This document shows, piece after piece, positions 60,753 through 64,000 of a stretch of DNA of 64,000 nt. The notes beneath the pieces were generated by a model, which saw nothing but the letters and a program-made list of their open reading frames with translations, made no database searches and had not been told where the DNA came from. Origin of the DNA: Octopus sinensis (taxonomy: Eukaryota); NCBI RefSeq assembly GCF_006345805.1, contig NC_043009.1, positions 21,514,001-21,578,000 on the forward strand, read 5' to 3'. The position numbers were made by a program, and so were the translations under genes. Every line of letters starts with the position of its first letter. The stretch's first letter is position 1.

Positions 60753-61338
60753 GTTTTTAGTAGCATGTTTTATTAGCGTGTTTATTTCATTTATTAATTT
60801 TTTCCCTCTTACCCTACTCATGGCTGTTGGCCTTGTCTCCGGTCCTTCCTCCCCTAGATTTTATTGATGTTGTTGTTGAATTTTTTTTGCCCCACATACT
60901 TTTCAGATGTCTGCAGAGCATTCACTACACTTACGTATCATCTTATATTTTTTAATCCCCTGGTTTTGTATTCTGCCAGGTAAAAAAAAAAATTATACAA
61001 ACACAGGAAAGACATGAAAATAACTGAGCTAAAAAAAAAAAGTCGACAGAAAGAGAAGGGGAGGAGAGAATGGGGGAGGAAAGAGAGACTAGAGAAATGC
61101 TGGCAAGAGGAAAAACAAGACGAAGTATGCAGTTTACTTAAAGTTGGTCAATATCCAAGAGAAGAGATCTGATCTGTTTTGGTGGCAGTTATTATCAATT
61201 ATCTAATAACAGCTTGTTTTCTTCAATATGTAAATCTAAGGAGCATTCACAACAAAGGCAGATATCAAAAACGAATCGTTTATCGAGAATTTATTATCAA
61301 TTTCCAGATCAAACTTAACTGATCCACTTCGTCTCTCT

Positions 61339-61712
61339 CTTCTTTTATTCTTTTACTTGTTTCAGTCATTTGACTGTAGCCATGCTGGAGCACCACCTTT
61401 ACTCGAACAAATCGACCCCAGGACTTATTCTTTGTAAGCCTAGTACTTATTCTACTGATCTCTTTTGCTGAACCGCTAAGTAACGAGGATGTAAACACAC
61501 CAACATCAGTTGTCAAGCAAGGGTGGTGGTGGTGGTGGTAGGACAAACAGAGACACAAATAACAAACACACGTATATATATATATGTATGTATACATATA
61601 TACGTCGGGCTTCTTTCAGTTTCTTTCTACTAAATCCACTCACAAGACTTTGGTCGGCCTGTGGCTATAGGAGACACTTGCCCAAGGTGCCACACAGTGG
61701 GACTGAACCCAG
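61339..61712 (-). mobile_element. tRNA-derived SINE (family of 44970), 5' part missing
   Basis: Reverse of the tail ...GACTGAAACAAGTAAAAG and of GGGTTCAGTCCCAC. Confidence 0.85.
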
Positions 61713-62365
61713 AACCAAAAGGGAGTTTGTGTGTGGTCATTCGACTTGCTAAAAACAACAGCAAAAAGCTCCTTCAAATCACATTCAACCAGTACATTGA
61801 ATAATGCTTTATTCTACCTAGAAAAAGGTGAGATGTTCAGAGCTGGAATGCCTTTCAACATAGGTTTGCTTAATCAGGGTTCATCTGAGATTAAACAATA
61901 ACAATAACAATAATATCAACATCATCAATAGTGACAAAGATATTTGTGAGGATTTTTTGTTTGTTTTATTGTTTGTATAGAAAATTACAAGAAAATAGTT
62001 TGTGCTCTTTTTTCTGTTTTTTTTTTAATTATCAACAAGCACCAGCAACATCGGTTTTCAATTAGGCAGATAATTTTCTAACAGCAGCAAACGGACCTTA
62101 TCTTAGGTCTGAGAAAAAAAATGGGGCTAATAATTATAATAATAATAATAATTCATTCTACTACAAGCACAAGACCTGAAATTTTGGGGAAAGTAGATAG
62201 TCAATTACATCAACCCCTGTACTCGACTGGTACTTATTTCAACGACCCTGAAAGGATGAAAGGCGAAGTTGACAACAGTAGCATTTGAAACCAGAACGTA
62301 AAAACAGATGAAATGGTTACTAGGCATTTTGCCCCCAATGCTAACAATTTTGCCAGCTAGACACC

Positions 62366-62404
<39 letters not shown>

Positions 62405-62572
62405 GCACAAGACTAGCAATTTTAGTGGGATTACATCTACTCCAGTACATCCCTGGAAAGATGAAAGGCAAAGTTGATCTCAGCAGGATTTGAACTCGGA
62501 ACCTAAAGAATCAGAAGAAATGCTGCCAAGCATTTTGCCCAACAAATCTGCCAGCATACCGCTTTTATTTAT

Positions 62573-62606
<34 letters not shown>

Positions 62607-63018
62607 GTTGCTAATATAGGCACAATACTAGCAGTTTTGAGGAGAGGTCTTAGTTGACACCATTCATGCCGGTACATGACTGGTACTTTATTTCAACCCC
62701 AAACGATGAAAGACAAAGTTGGCCTTGGTGGAAATTTGAACACAGAGTGTAAAGAGCCGTAAGAAAGCATGTTTTCTGATGCTTTAAAGATTCCACCAGA
62801 TAAATATAAAATTTAAGTAAACATTTTTTTTTTAAAAAAAACTGAATCAGTCTATAAAAAAAAAAAAGGAGGGAGGAAGACATTTTTTTTTTTTCTGTTT
62901 CTATTTTCATTTCAAAACATAAAGTTCCCGGTTGGAGTTCTTTGAGATTTTTTTTTTGCTCCTGGAAAAAAAAAAAAGAGAAATTTTACTGACTTATCAA
63001 ACAAATACACAGCATTAA

Positions 63019-64000
63019 CCCTTTCGTTACCAAACTGCCCAAAGCCGCCTGAAAAAAATTTTGGTTAATGTGACCAAACCGCCCGTATTTACCTATTCAT
63101 ATTTAAATGAGAATATCAGAGCAAATCTCTTTAGTACATTCGTGAAAACAAGAGATTATATTTCGTAAACAGCTCATCTACAGTTTTGTACAATGATCGA
63201 AGTGTAATTTTAATTCCGTGAATTTTGGGTGATTTTTTTCCAAAATTTGTTCCTATTGTGTTTTCAAAATTTGTAATTCTGACAAAAAATGGATACGAAT
63301 TTCATTATATCAAGCAGCGAGTCAGAATTCGAAGGATTTTCTACTGAAGACCTTGATAAATCTAACTCTATGACTGAAAAAAAAAAGCATGTGGTATTTG
63401 ATAATGAATCTGATGTTTCATTTTCCGAAAGTGAAAACGGTGAATCCGAGAGCTCCGACAGCGATAAAGAAAATGAATTGGCACCTGAATGGAGTGAAAA
63501 TTTAAAAACTGTTTCTTTCGGTGATTTTTCTGAAGAAACTGGACCAAGCCACAGACTTTCCCAGGAGAGTAAAGCCTTAGACTATTTCTTTTTACTTTTT
63601 CGAATGAGCCTACGGCGGAAACGAACCGTTACGCTGAATGTAAACAAAGCGAAAGAAAGGATAGTTTGTGGTTTCCCACAACCTTAACTGAAATTAAGAC
63701 TATTTTGCCATAAATATTATTATGGGTATCAGAAAGTTACCCAGAATAACAAATTCTATCGTAAAATTTTGTTGTATACCCAATTGAATATTAGCTAATA
63801 ACCCATTTTCTATAGCGATGTTTGAACAAAATTTTAATAATTTTATATTTTGTTGAATTTACCTGTATCTACTTGCAATTAGAGTCACTTTGTGACAAAA
63901 ATTATAGTATAGAATTGGTTGAGAACATTTCATTAAATTATCTTCCAAAAATCACATTAATATATTGATAAATAAAAAAGTTATAGTTGTTTAATGAAAC
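63019..64000 (+). mobile_element. piggyBac-like element 5' end with truncated transposase N-terminus
   Basis: TTAA|CCCTTT terminus at 63015-63024; ORF 63289 acidic N-terminus, W..F...GP..LDYF.LLF; shifted frames give AETNRYAE and W.PTTLTEIK. Confidence 0.85.

Noticed and set aside
63289-63687. 132-aa acidic ORF as a host gene
   Set aside because: It follows a TTAA-CCC terminus and carries piggyBac N-terminal motifs across frameshifts, so it is a transposase remnant.

Overview
This is very AT-rich, repeat-dominated eukaryotic DNA. The SINE families and abundant (TA)n, (CA)n and (GATA)n tracts suggest an octopod cephalopod (inference only). I found no convincing host gene, rRNA, true tRNA gene or CRISPR array. 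Most listed ORFs are translations of microsatellites or off-frame transposon sequence. Recognisable elements are CR1-group LINE fragments, RTE LINEs, one R4/Dong-type REL-endonuclease LINE end, Penelope-like (PLE) RT/GIY-YIG fragments, three mariner derivatives, a hAT transposase and a hAT MITE, Helitrons (one with a Pif1 helicase fragment), a piggyBac 5' end, a large uncharacterised transposase-like relic, and many tRNA-derived SINEs. Three things stand out. (1) A ~2-kb retroelement-like family encodes only an ORF1/gag-like RRM + CCHC protein. It forms head-to-tail arrays, and every junction carries the same ~15-22-nt piece of a tRNA-derived SINE head; one copy has the SINE 5' part upstream and another has the SINE 3' part downstream. 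This points to a non-autonomous element that inserts specifically into a SINE. (2) There are about nine type-I hammerhead ribozyme folds with palindromic stem III. Several have unusually long stem II or variant cores, and they sit in PLE-type partial-tandem or fold-back repeats, including a 593-nt retrozyme-like unit. (3) A ~21-kb two-part inverted duplication (arms ~16.8-22.9 kb and ~30.4-37.6 kb) and several smaller fold-back palindromes. All structures were read by eye; nothing was computed or searched.
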